Source of the DNA: Eledone cirrhosa
Lineage: Eukaryota
Direction: 5' to 3'
NCBI GenBank assembly: GCA_964016885.1
Contig: OZ024753.1
Location: forward strand, 24,366,001-24,430,000
DNA: 64,000 nt
The notes under the pieces were generated by a model, which saw nothing but the letters and a program-made list of their open reading frames with translations, did not search any database and was not told the origin of the DNA. The translations under genes and the position numbers were made by a program. This document shows, piece by piece, positions 1-13,924 of the stretch (the first letter of the stretch is position 1; every line of letters begins with the position of its first letter).

Positions 1-403
1 TGTATGTAACAGACAGAGGACTAACACTGTATGTAACAGACAGAGGACTCATACTGTATGTAACAGACAGAGGGTTAACACTGTATGTAACAGACAGAGG
101 ACTAACCCTGTATGTAACAGACAGAGGACTAACTGTGTATGTAACAGACAGAGGACTAACACTGTATGTAACAGACAGAGGACTGACACTGTATGTAACA
201 GACAGAGGACTAACACTGTATGTAACAGACAGAGGACTAACACTGTATGTAACAGAGAGAGGACTAACATTGTATGTAACAGACAGAGGACTAACACTGT
301 ATATAACTGACAGAGGACTAACACTGTATGTAACAGAGAGAGGACTAACACTGTATGTAACAGACAGAGGACTAACACTGTATGTAACAGACAGAGGACT
401 AAT

Positions 404-433
404 AGTGTTAGACCTCTGTCTGTTACATACCGT
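404..433 (-). repeat. Inverted monomer, subtype A, copy 1
   Basis: AGTGTTAGACCTCTGTCTGTTACATACCGT is the reverse complement of ACGGTATGTAACAGACAGAGGTCTAACACT (2 mismatches to consensus). The flanking forward GG at 396 and 450 are 54 bp (2x27) apart. Confidence 0.96.
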
Positions 434-3400
434 GGATTTAACAGTTAGAGGACTAACACTGTATGTAACAGACAGAAGACTAACACTGTATATAACAGAC
501 AGAAGACTAACACTGTATGTAACAGACAGCGGACTAACACCGTATGTAACAGACAGCGGACTAACACTGTATTTAACAGACAGAGGGCTAAAACTGTATG
601 TAACAGACAGCGGACTAACACTGTATATAACAGACAGAGGACTAACACTGTATGTAACAGACAGAGGACTGACACTGTATTTAACAGACAGAGGACTAAC
701 ACTGTATATCACAGACAGAGGACTAACACTGTATGTAACAGACAGAGGACTGACACTGTATGTAACAGACAGAGGACTAACACTGTATGTAACAGACAGA
801 GGACTAACACTGTATGTAACAGACAGCGGACTAACACTGTATGTAACAGACAGAGGACTAACAATGTATGTAACAGACAGAGGACTAACACTGTATGTAA
901 CAGACAGAGGACTAACACTGTATGTAACAGACAGAGGACTAACACTGTAATCAACAGACAGAGGACGAACACTGTATGCAACAGACAGAGGACTAATATT
1001 GTATGTAACAGACAGAGGACTAACACTGTATGTAACAGACAGAGGACTGAAACTGTATGTAACAGACAGAGGACTAACACTGTATGTAACAGACAGAGGA
1101 CTGACACTGTATGTCACAGACAGAGGACTAACAGTGTATGTAACAGGGAGAGGACTAACATTGTATGTAACAGACAGAGAACTCATACTGTATGTAACAG
1201 ACAGAGGGTTAACACTGTATGTAACAGACAGAGGACTAACCCTGTATGTAACAGACAGAGGACTAACTGTGTATGTAACAGAGAGAGGAATAACACTGTA
1301 TGTAACAGACAGAGGACTGACACTGTATGTAACAGACAGAGGACTAACACTGTATGTAACAGACAGAGGAGTAACACTGTATGTAACAGACAGAGGACTA
1401 ACATTGTATGTAACAGACAGAGGACTAACACTGTATGTAAAAGACAGAGGACTAACACTCTATGTAACAGACAGAGGACTAAAACTGTATGTAATAGACA
1501 GAGGACTCATACTGTATGTAACAGACAGAGGGTTAACACTGTATGTAACAGACAGAGGACTAACCCTGTATGTAACAGACAGAAGGCTAACACTGTATGC
1601 AACAGACAGAGGACGAACACTGTATGCAACAGACAGAGGACTAATACTGTATGTAACAGACAGAGGACTAACACTGTATGTAACAGACAGAGGAGTAACA
1701 CTGTATGTAACAGACAGAGGACTGACACTGTATGTAACAGACAGAGGACTAACACTGAATGTAACAGACAGAGGACTGACACTGTATGTCACAGACAGGG
1801 GACTAACAGTGTATGTAACAGACAGAGGACTTTCACTGTATGTAACAGACAGAGGACTCATACTGTATGTAACAGACAGAGGGTTAACACTGTATGTAAC
1901 AGACAGAGGACTAACCCTGTATGTAACAGACAGAGGACTAACTGTGTATGTAACAGACAGAGGACTAACACTGTATGTAACATACAGAGGACTGACACTG
2001 TATGTAACAGACAGAGGACTAACACTGTATGTAACAGACAGAGGACTAACACTGTATGTAACAGACAGAGGACTAACACTGTATATAACAGACAGAGGAC
2101 TAACACTGTATGTAACTGACAGAGGGTTAACTCTGTATGTAACAGAGTACTAACACTGTATGTAACAGACAGAGGACTAACACTGTATGTAACAGACAGA
2201 GGACTAAAACTGTATGTACCAGACAAAGGATTAACAATGTATGTAACAGACAGAGGACTAACACTGTGTGCAACAGACAGAGGAGTAACACTGTATGTAA
2301 CAGACAGAGGATAAACACTGTATGTAACAGACAGAGGCCTAACATTGTATGCAACAGACAGAGGACTAACACTCTATGCAACAGACAGAGGACTAACACT
2401 GTATGTAACAGACAGAGGACTAACACTGTATGTAACAGACAGAGGACTAACACTGTATGTAACAGACAGAGGACTAACACTATGTAACAGACAGAGGACT
2501 AACATTGTATGTAATAGACAGAGGAGTAAAACTGTATGCAACAGACAGAGGACTAATACTTTATGTAACAGACAGAGAACTAACACTGTATGTAACAGAC
2601 ACAGGACTAACACTGTATGTAGCAGACAGAGGACTAAGACTGTATGTAACAGAGAGAGGACTAACACTGTATGTAACAGACAGAGGAATAACACTGTATA
2701 TAACAGACAGAAGGCTAACACTCTATGTAACAGACAGAGGACTAACACTGTATGTAACAGACAGAGGACTAACAATGTATGTAACAGACAGAGGACTAAC
2801 ACTGTATGTAACAGACAGAGGGTTAACACTGTATGTAACAGATAGAGGACTAACACTGTACGTAACAGACAGAGGACTAACACTTTATGTAACAGACAGA
2901 GGACTAACACTGTATGTAACAGACAGAGGACTAACAATGTATGTAACAGACAGAGGACTAAAACTGTATGTAATAGACAGAGGACTAACACTGTATGTAA
3001 CAGACAGATGGTTAACACTGTATGCTAAAGACAAAGGATTAACACTGTATGTAACAGACAGAGGACTAACAGTGTATGTAACAGCCAGAGGACTAACACT
3101 GTATGCAACAGACAGAGGAAGAACACTGTATGCAACAGACAGAGGACATATACTGTATGTAACAGACAGAGGACTAACACTGTATGTAACAGACAGAGGA
3201 CTAACACTGTATGTAACAGACAGAGGACTGACACTGTATGTAACAGACAGAGGACTAACACTGTATGTAATAGACAGAGGACTGACACTGTATGTCACAG
3301 ACAGAGGACTAACAGTGTATGTAACAGACAGAGGACTAACACTGTATGTAACAGACAGAGGACTCATACTGTATGTAACAGACAGAGGGTTAACACTGTA

Positions 3401-3716
3401 TGTAACAGACAGAGGACTAACCCTGTATGTAACAGACAGAGGACTAACTGTGTATGTAACAGACAGAGGACTAACACTGTATGTAACAGACAGAGGACTG
3501 ACACTGTATGTAACAGACAGAGGACTAACACTGTATGTAACAGACAGAGGACTAACACTGTATGTAACAGAGAGAGGACTAACATTGTATGTAACAGACA
3601 GAGGACTAACACTGTATATAACTGACAGAGGACTAACACTGTATGTAACAGAGAGAGGACTAACACTATGTAACAGACAGAGGACTAACACTGTATGTAA
3701 CAGACAGAGGACTAAT

Positions 3717-3746
3717 AGTGTTAGACCTCTGTCTGTTACATACCGT
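3717..3746 (-). repeat. Inverted monomer, subtype A, copy 2
   Basis: Same 30-mer and same following GGATTTAACAGTTAGAGG as 404-433, offset 3313. Confidence 0.96.
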
Positions 3747-6700
3747 GGATTTAACAGTTAGAGGACTAACACTGTATGTAACAGACAGAAGACTAACACT
3801 GTATATAACAGACAGAAGACTAACACTGTATGTAACAGACAGCGGACTAACACCGTATGTAACAGACAGCGGACTAACACTGTATTTAACAGACAGAGGG
3901 CTAAAACTGTATGTAACAGACAGCGGACTAACACTGTATATAACAGACAGAGGACTAACACTGTATGTAACAGACAGAGGACTGACACTGTATTTAACAG
4001 ACAGAGGACTAACACTGTATATCACAGACAGAGGACTAACACTGTATGTAACAGACAGAGGACTGACACTGTATGTAACAGACAGAGGACTAACACTGTA
4101 TGTAACAGACAGAGGACTAACACTGTATGTAACAGACAGCGGACTAACACTGTATGTAACAGACAGAGGACTAACAATGTATGTAACAGACAGAGGACTA
4201 ACACTGTATGTAACAGACAGAGGACTAACACTGTATGTAACAGACAGAGGACTAACACTTTAATCAACAGACAGAGGACGAACACTGTATGCAACAGACA
4301 GAGGACTAATATTGTATGTAACAGACAGAGGACTAACACTGTATGTAACAGACAGAGGACTGAAACTGTATGTAACAGACAGAGGACTAACACTGTATGT
4401 AACAGACAGAGGACTGACACTGTATGTCACAGACAGAGGACTAACAGTGTATGTAACAGGGAGAGGACTAACATTGTATGTAACAGACAGAGAACTCATA
4501 CTGTATGTAACAGACAGAGGGTTAACACTGTATGTAACAGACAGAGGACTAACCCTGTATGTAACAGACAGAGGACTAACTGTGTATGTAACAGACAGAG
4601 GAATAACACTGTATGTAACAGACAGAGGACTAACACTGTATGTAACAGACAGAGGACTAACACTGTATGTAAGAGACAGAGGACTAACACTGTATGTAAC
4701 AGACAGAGGACGAACACTGTATGTAACAGACAGAGGGATAACACTGGATGTAACAGACAGAGGACTAACACTGTATGTAACAGACAGAGGACTAACACTG
4801 TATGCAACAGACAGAGGACTAACACTGTATGCAACAGACAGAGGGCTAATACTGTATGTAACAGACAGAGGACTAACACTGTATGTAACAGACAGAGGGA
4901 TAACACTGTATGTAACAGACAGAGGACTAATACTGTATGTAACAGACAGAGGGATAACACTGTATGTAACAGACAGAGGACTAACACTGTATATCACAGA
5001 CAGAGGACTAACACTGTATGTAACAGACAGAGGACTAACACTGTATGTAACAGACAGAGGACTAACACTGTATGTAACAGACAGAGGACTAACACTGTAT
5101 GTAACAGACAGAGGACTGACACTGTATGTCACAGACAGAGGACTAACAGTGTATGTAACAGACAGAGGACTAACACTGTATGTAACAGACAGAGGACTCA
5201 TACTGTATGTAACAGACAGGGTTAACACTGTATGTAACAGACAGAGGACTAACACTGTATGCAACAGACAGAGGACTAATACTGTATGTAACAGACAGAG
5301 GACTAACACTGTATGTATCAGACAGAGGACTGAAACTGTATGTAACAGACAGAGGACTAACACTGTATGTAACTGACATAGGACTGACACTGTATGTCAC
5401 AGACAGAGGACTAACAGTGTATGTAACAGGGAGAGGACTAACATTGTATGTAACAGACAGAGAACTCATACTGTATGTAACAGACAGAGGGTTAACACTG
5501 TATGTAACAGACAGAGGACTAACCCTGTATGTAACAGACAGAGGACTAAGTGTGTATGGAACAGACAGAGGAATAACACTGTATGTAACAGACAGAGGAC
5601 TAACACTGTATGTAACAGACAGAGGACGAACACTGTATGCAACAGACAGAGGACTAACACTGTATGTAACAGACAGAGGGATTACACTGTATGTAACAGA
5701 CAGAGGACTAACACTGTACAGACAGAGGACTAACACTGTATGCAACAGACAGAGGACTAATACTGTATGTAACAGACAGAGGACTAACACTGTATGTAAC
5801 AGACAGAGGGATAACACTGTATGTAACAGACAGAGGACTAACACTGTATGTAACAGACAGAGGACAAACACTGTATGTAACAGACAGAGGGATAACACTG
5901 TATGTAACAGACAGAGGACTAACACTGTATGTAACAGACAGAGGACTAACACTGTATGTAACAGACAGAGGACTAACACTGTATGTAACAGACAGAGGAC
6001 CAACACTGTATGTGACAGACAGAGGACTAACTCTGTATGCAACAGACAGAGGACGAACACTGTATGCAACAGACAGAGGACTAATACTGTATGTAACAGA
6101 CAGAGGACTAACACTGTATGTAACAGACAGAGGACTGAAACTGTATGTAACAGACAGAGGACTAACACTGTATGTAACAGACAGAGGACTGACACTGTAT
6201 GTCACAGACAGAGGACTAACAGTGTATGTAACAGGGAGAGGACTAACATTGTATGTAACAGACAGAGAACTCATACTGTATGTAACAGACAGAGGGTTAA
6301 CACTGTATGTAACAGACAGAGGACTAACCCTGTATGTAACAGACAGAGGACTAACTGTGTGTGTAACAGACAGAGGAATAACACTGTATGTAACAGACAG
6401 AGGACTAACACTGTATGTAACTGACAGAGGGTTAACTCTGTATGTAACAGAGTACTAACACTGTATGTAACAGACAGAGGACTAACACTGTATGTAACAG
6501 ACAGAGGACTAAAACTGTATGTACCAGACAAAGGATTAACACTGTATGTAACAGACAGAGGACTAACACTGTGTGCAACAGACAGAGGAGTAACACTGTA
6601 TGTAACAGACAGAGGACTAACACTGTATGTAACAGACAGAGGAGTAACACTGTATGTAACAGACAGAGGACTAACATTGTATGTAACAGACAGAGGACTA

Positions 6701-9016
6701 ACACTGTATGTAAAAGACAGAGGACTAACACTCTATGTAACAGACAGAGGACTAAAACTGTATGTAATAGACAGAGGACTCATACTGTATGTAACAGACA
6801 GAGGGTTAACACTGTATGTAACAGACAGAGGACTAACCCTGTATGTAACAGACAGAAGGCTAACACTGTATGCAACAGACAGAGGACGAACACTGTATGC
6901 AACAGACAGAGGACTAATACTGTATGTAACAGACAGAGGACTAACACTGTATGTAACAGACAGAGGAGTAACACTGTATGTAACAGACAGAGGACTGACA
7001 CTGTATGTAACAGACAGAGGACTAACACTGAATGTAACAGACAGAGGACTGACACTGTATGTCACAGACAGGGGACTAACAGTGTATGTAACAGACAGAG
7101 GACTTTCACTGTATGTAACAGACAGAGGACTCATACTGTATGTAACAGACAGAGGGTTAACACTGTATGTAACAGACAGAGGACTAACCCTGTATGTAAC
7201 AGACAGAGGACTAACTGTGTATGTAACAGACAGAGGACTAACACTGTATGTAACATACAGAGGACTGACACTGTATGTAACAGACAGAGGACTAACACTG
7301 TATGTAACAGACAGAGGACTAACACTGTATGTAACAGACAGAGGACTAACACTGTATATAACAGACAGAGGACTAACACTGTATGTAACTGACAGAGGGT
7401 TAACTCTGTATGTAACAGAGTACTAACACTGTATGTAACAGACAGAGGACTAACACTGTATGTAACAGACAGAGGACTAAAACTGTATGTACCAGACAAA
7501 GGATTAACAATGTATGTAACAGACAGAGGACTAACACTGTGTGCAACAGACAGAGGAGTAACACTGTATGTAACAGACAGAGGATAAACACTGTATGTAA
7601 CAGACAGAGGCCTAACATTGTATGCAACAGACAGAGGACTAACACTCTATGCAACAGACAGAGGATTAACACTGTATGTAACAGACAGAGGACTAACACT
7701 GTATGTAACAGACAGAGGACTAACACTGTATGTAACAGACAGAGGACTAACACTATGTAACAGACAGAGGACTAACATTGTATGTAATAGACAGAGGAGT
7801 AAAACTGTATGCAACAGACAGAGGACTAATACTTTATGTAACAGACAGAGAACTAACACTGTATGTAACAGACACAGGACTAACACTGTATGTAGCAGAC
7901 AGAGGACTAAGACTGTATGTAACAGAGAGAGGACTAACACTGTATGTAACAGACAGAGGAATAACACTGTATATAACAGACAGAAGGCTAACACTCTATG
8001 TAACAGACAGAGGACTAACACTGTATGTAACAGACAGAGGACTAACAATGTATGTAACAGACAGAGGACTAACACTGTATGTAACAGACAGAGGGTTAAC
8101 ACTGTATGTAACAGATAGAGGACTAACACTGTACGTAACAGACAGAGGACTAACACTTTATGTAACAGACAGAGGACTAACACTGTATGTAACAGACAGA
8201 GGACTAACAATGTATGTAACAGACAGAGGACTAAAACTGTATGTAATAGACAGAGGACTAACACTGTATGTAACAGACAGATGGTTAACACTGTATGCTA
8301 AAGACAAAGGATTAACACTGTATGTAACAGACAGAGGACTAACAGTGTATGTAACAGCCAGAGGACTAACACTGTATGCAACAGACAGAGGAAGAACACT
8401 GTATGCAACAGACAGAGGACATATACTGTATGTAACAGACAGAGGACTAACACTGTATGTAACAGACAGAGGACTAACACTGTATGTAACAGACAGAGGA
8501 CTAACACTGTATGTAACAGACAGAGGACTGACACTGTATGTAACAGACAGAGGACTAACACTGTATGTAATAGACAGAGGACTGACACTGTATGTCACAG
8601 ACAGAGGACTAACAGTGTATGTAACAGACAGAGGACTAACACTGTATGTAACAGACAGAGGACTCATACTGTATGTAACAGACAGAGGGTTAACACTGTA
8701 TGTAACAGACAGAGGACTAACCCTGTATGTAACAGACAGAGGACTAACTGTGTATGTAACAGACAGAGGACTAACACTGTATGTAACAGACAGAGGACTG
8801 ACACTGTATGTAACAGACAGAGGACTAACACTGTATGTAACAGACAGAGGACTAACACTGTATGTAACAGAGAGAGGACTAACATTGTATGTAACAGACA
8901 GAGGACTAACACTGTATATAACTGACAGAGGACTAACACTGTATGTAACAGAGAGAGGACTAACACTATGTAACAGACAGAGGACTAACACTGTATGTAA
9001 CAGACAGAGGACTAAT

Positions 9017-9046
9017 AGTGTTAGACCTCTGTCTGTTACATACCGT
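9017..9046 (-). repeat. Inverted monomer, subtype A, copy 3
   Basis: Same 30-mer and flanks, offset 5300 from 3717. Confidence 0.96.
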
Positions 9047-12000
9047 GGATTTAACAGTTAGAGGACTAACACTGTATGTAACAGACAGAAGACTAACACT
9101 GTATATAACAGACAGAAGACTAACACTGTATGTAACAGACAGCGGACTAACACCGTATGTAACAGACAGCGGACTAACACTGTATTTAACAGACAGAGGG
9201 CTAAAACTGTATGTAACAGACAGCGGACTAACACTGTATATAACAGACAGAGGACTAACACTGTATGTAACAGACAGAGGACTGACACTGTATTTAACAG
9301 ACAGAGGACTAACACTGTATATCACAGACAGAGGACTAACACTGTATGTAACAGACAGAGGACTGACACTGTATGTAACAGACAGAGGACTAACACTGTA
9401 TGTAACAGACAGAGGACTAACACTGTATGTAACAGACAGCGGACTAACACTGTATGTAACAGACAGAGGACTAACAATGTATGTAACAGACAGAGGACTA
9501 ACACTGTATGTAACAGACAGAGGACTAACACTGTATGTAACAGACAGAGGACTAACACTGTAATCAACAGACAGAGGACGAACACTGTATGCAACAGACA
9601 GAGGACTAATATTGTATGTAACAGACAGAGGACTAACACTGTATGTAACAGACAGAGGACTGAAACTGTATGTAACAGACAGAGGACTAACACTGTATGT
9701 AACAGACAGAGGACTGACACTGTATGTCACAGACAGAGGACTAACAGTGTATGTAACAGGGAGAGGACTAACATTGTATGTAACAGACAGAGAACTCATA
9801 CTGTATGTAACAGACAGAGGGTTAACACTGTATGTAACAGACAGAGGACTAACCCTGTATGTAACAGACAGAGGACTAACTGTGTATGTAACAGACAGAG
9901 GAATAACACTGTATGTAACAGACAGAGGACTAACACTGTATGTAACAGACAGAGGACTAACACTGTATGTAAGAGACAGAGGACTAACACTGTATGTAAC
10001 AGACAGAGGACGAACACTGTATGTAACAGACAGAGGGATAACACTGGATGTAACAGACAGAGGACTAACACTGTATGTAACAGACAGAGGACTAACACTG
10101 TATGCAACAGACAGAGGACTAACACTGTATGCAACAGACAGAGGGCTAATACTGTATGTAACAGACAGAGGACTAACACTGTATGTAACAGACAGAGGGA
10201 TAACACTGTATGTAACAGACAGAGGACTAATACTGTATGTAACAGACAGAGGGATAACACTGTATGTAACAGACAGAGGACTAACACTGTATATCACAGA
10301 CAGAGGACTAACACTGTATGTAACAGACAGAGGACTAACACTGTATGTAACAGACAGAGGACTAACACTGTATGTAACAGACAGAGGACTAACACTGTAT
10401 GTAACAGACAGAGGACTGACACTGTATGTCACAGACAGAGGACTAACAGTGTATGTAACAGACAGAGGACTAACACTGTATGTAACAGACAGAGGACTCA
10501 TACTGTATGTAACAGACAGGGTTAACACTGTATGTAACAGACAGAGGACTAACACTGTATGCAACAGACAGAGGACTAATACTGTATGTAACAGACAGAG
10601 GACTAACACTGTATGTATCAGACAGAGGACTGAAACTGTATGTAACAGACAGAGGACTAACACTGTATGTAACTGACATAGGACTGACACTGTATGTCAC
10701 AGACAGAGGACTAACAGTGTATGTAACAGGGAGAGGACTAACATTGTATGTAACAGACAGAGAACTCATACTGTATGTAACAGACAGAGGGTTAACACTG
10801 TATGTAACAGACAGAGGACTAACCCTGTATGTAACAGACAGAGGACTAAGTGTGTATGGAACAGACAGAGGAATAACACTGTATGTAACAGACAGAGGAC
10901 TAACACTGTATGTAACAGACAGAGGACGAACACTGTATGCAACAGACAGAGGACTAACACTGTATGTAACAGACAGAGGGATTACACTGTATGTAACAGA
11001 CAGAGGACTAACACTGTACAGACAGAGGACTAACACTGTATGCAACAGACAGAGGACTAATACTGTATGTAACAGACAGAGGACTAACACTGTATGTAAC
11101 AGACAGAGGGATAACACTGTATGTAACAGACAGAGGACTAACACTGTATGTAACAGACAGAGGACAAACAATGTATGTAACAGACAGAGGGATAACACTG
11201 TATGTAACAGACAGAGGACTAACACTGTATGTAACAGACAGAGGACTAACACTGTATGTAACAGACAGAGGACTAACACTGTATGTAACAGACAGAGGAC
11301 CAACACTGTATGTGACAGACAGAGGACTAACTCTGTATGCAACAGACAGAGGACGAACACTGTATGCAACAGACAGAGGACTAATACTGTATGTAACAGA
11401 CAGAGGACTAACACTGTATGTAACAGACAGAGGACTAACCCTGTATGTAACAGACAGAGGACTAACTGTGTGTGTAACAGACAGAGGAATAACACTGTAT
11501 GTAACAGACAGAGGACTAACACTGTATGTAACTGACAGAGGGTTAACTCTGTATGTAACAGAGTACTAACACTGTATGTAACAGACAGAGGACTAACACT
11601 GTATGTAACAGACAGAGGACTAAAACTGTATGTACCAGACAAAGGATTAACACTGTATGTAACAGACAGAGGACTAACACTGTGTGCAACAGACAGAGGA
11701 GTAACACTGTATGTAACAGACAGAGGATAAACACTGTATGTAACACACAGAGAACTAACATTGTATGCAACAGACAGAGGACTAACACTGTATGCAACAG
11801 ACAGAGGACTAACACTGTATGTAACAGACAGAGGACTAACACTGTATGTAACAGACAGAGGACTAACACTGTATGTAACAGACAGAGGACTAACACTGTA
11901 TGTAACAGACAGAGGACTAACACTGTATGTAATAGACAGAGGAGTAAAACTGTATGCAACAGACAGAGGACTAATACTTTATGTAACAGACAGAGGACTA

Positions 12001-12970
12001 ACACTGTATGTAACAGACAGACGTCTAACACTGTATGTAGCAGACAGAGGACTAAGACTGTATGTAACAGACAGAGGACTAACACTGTATGTAACAGACA
12101 GAGGACTAACACTGTATATAACAGACAGAAGGCTAACACTGTATGTAACAGACAGAGGACTAACACTGTATGTAACAGACAGAGGACTAAAACTGTATGT
12201 AACAGACAGAGGGTTAACACTGTATGTAACAGATCGAGGACCAACACGGTACTTAACAGACAGAGGACTAACACGTTATGTAACAGACAGAGGACTAACA
12301 CTGTATGTAACAGACAGATGGCTAACAATGTATGTAACAGACAGAGGACTAACACTGTATGTAATAGACAGAGGACTAACACTGTATGTAACAGACAGAT
12401 GGTTAACACTGTATGCAAAAGACAAAGGATTAACACTGTATGTAACAGACAGAGGACTAACAGTGTATGTAACAGCCAGAGGACTAACACTGTATGCAAC
12501 AGACAGAGGACGAACACTGTATGTAACAGACAGAGGACTTACACTGTATATAACAGACAGAGGACTAACACTGTATGTAACAGACAGAGGACTAACAGTG
12601 TATGCAACAGACAGAGGACTAATACTGTATGTAACAGACAGAGGACTAACACTGTATGTAACAGACAGAGGACTAACACTGTATGTAACAGACAGAGGAC
12701 TGACACTGTATGAAACAGACAGAGGACTAACACTGTATGTAACAGACAGAGGACTAACACTGTATGTAACAGACAGAGGACTAACACTGTATGCAACAGA
12801 CAGAGGACGAACACTGTATGCAACAGACAGAGGATTAATACTGTATGTAACAGACAGAGGTCTAACACTGTATATAACTGACAGAGGGTTAACTCTGTAT
12901 GTAACAGAGAACTAACACTGTATGTAACAGACAGAGGACTAACACTGTATGTAACAGACAGAGGACTAAT

Positions 12971-13000
12971 AGTGTTAGACCTCTGTCTGTTACATACAGT
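12971..13000 (-). repeat. Inverted monomer, subtype B (closest to consensus)
   Basis: AGTGTTAGACCTCTGTCTGTTACATACAGT has 1 mismatch to the reverse-complement consensus and is followed by near-consensus GTATTTAACAGACAGAGG. Confidence 0.96.
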
Positions 13001-13924
13001 GTATTTAACAGACAGAGGACTAACACTGTATATAACTGACAGAGGGTTAACTCTGTATGTAACAGAGTACTAACACTGTATGTAACAGACAGAAGACTAA
13101 CACTGTATGTAACAGACAGAAGACTAACACTGTATGTAACAGACAGCGGACTAACACTGTATGTAACAGACAGAGGACTAACATTGTATGTAACAGACAG
13201 CGGACTAACACTGTATGTAACAGACAGAGGACTAACACTGTATGTAACAGACAGAGGACTAACACTGTATGTAACAGACGGAGGACTAACACTGTATGCA
13301 ACAGACAGAGGACGAACACTGTATGCAACAGACAGAGGACTAATACTGTATGTAACAGACAGAGGACTAACACTGTATGTAACAGACAGAGGACTGAAAC
13401 TGTATGTAACAGACAGAGGACTAACACTGTATGTAACAGACAGAGGACTGACACTGTATGTCACAGACAGAGGACTAACAGTGTATGTAACAGGGAGAGG
13501 ACTAACATTGTATGTAACAGACAGAGAACTCATACTGTATGTAACAGACAGAGGGTTAACACTGTATGTAACAGACAGAGGACTAACCCTGTATGTAACA
13601 GACAGAGGACTAAGTGTGTATGGAACAGACAGAGGAATACACTGTATGTAACAGACAGAGGACTAACACTGTATGTAACAGACAGAGGACGAACACTGTA
13701 TGCAACAGACAGAGGACTAACACTGTATGTAACAGACAGAGGGATAACACTGTATGTAACAGACAGAGGACTAACACTGTACAGACAGAGGACTAACACT
13801 GTATGCAACAGACAGAGGACTAATACTGTATGTAACAGACAGAGGACTAACACTGTATGTAACAGACAGAGGGATAACACTGTATGTAACAGACAGAGGA
13901 CTAACACTGTATGTAACAGACAGA

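Larger units (their letters stand above)
1..4625 (+). repeat. Block ~1-1310 repeated at ~3316-4625 (offset 3313-3315) and again at ~8616-9925
   Basis: ORF pairs 445..702/3758..4015/9058..9315 and 709..1107/4022..4420/9322..9720. The copies share the inversion and the rare TAATCAACAG variant. Confidence 0.85.
1340..11710 (+). repeat. Tandem block duplication, unit ~5.3 kb, 2 copies
   Basis: Offset 5273 (2374..3018 vs 7647..8291), then 5300 (4312..5376 vs 9612..10676, one extra monomer), then 5111 (ORF ends 6458 vs 11569, seven monomers lost). Confidence 0.9.

Noticed and set aside
4-9. ATGTAA start-stop element in every monomer
   Set aside because: Chance hexamer within the consensus, with no downstream gene or other context suggesting regulation.
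404-433. Inversions as amplification chimeras or fold-back sequencing artefacts
   Set aside because: Eight copies share junctions, fall into three subtypes with linked flanking variants, and follow the block duplications, which random artefacts would not do.
376-434. Hairpins as intrinsic terminators, pre-miRNA or MITE termini
   Set aside because: There is no U-tract, upstream gene, target-site duplication or internal unique sequence. Pairing follows trivially from inverting one monomer.
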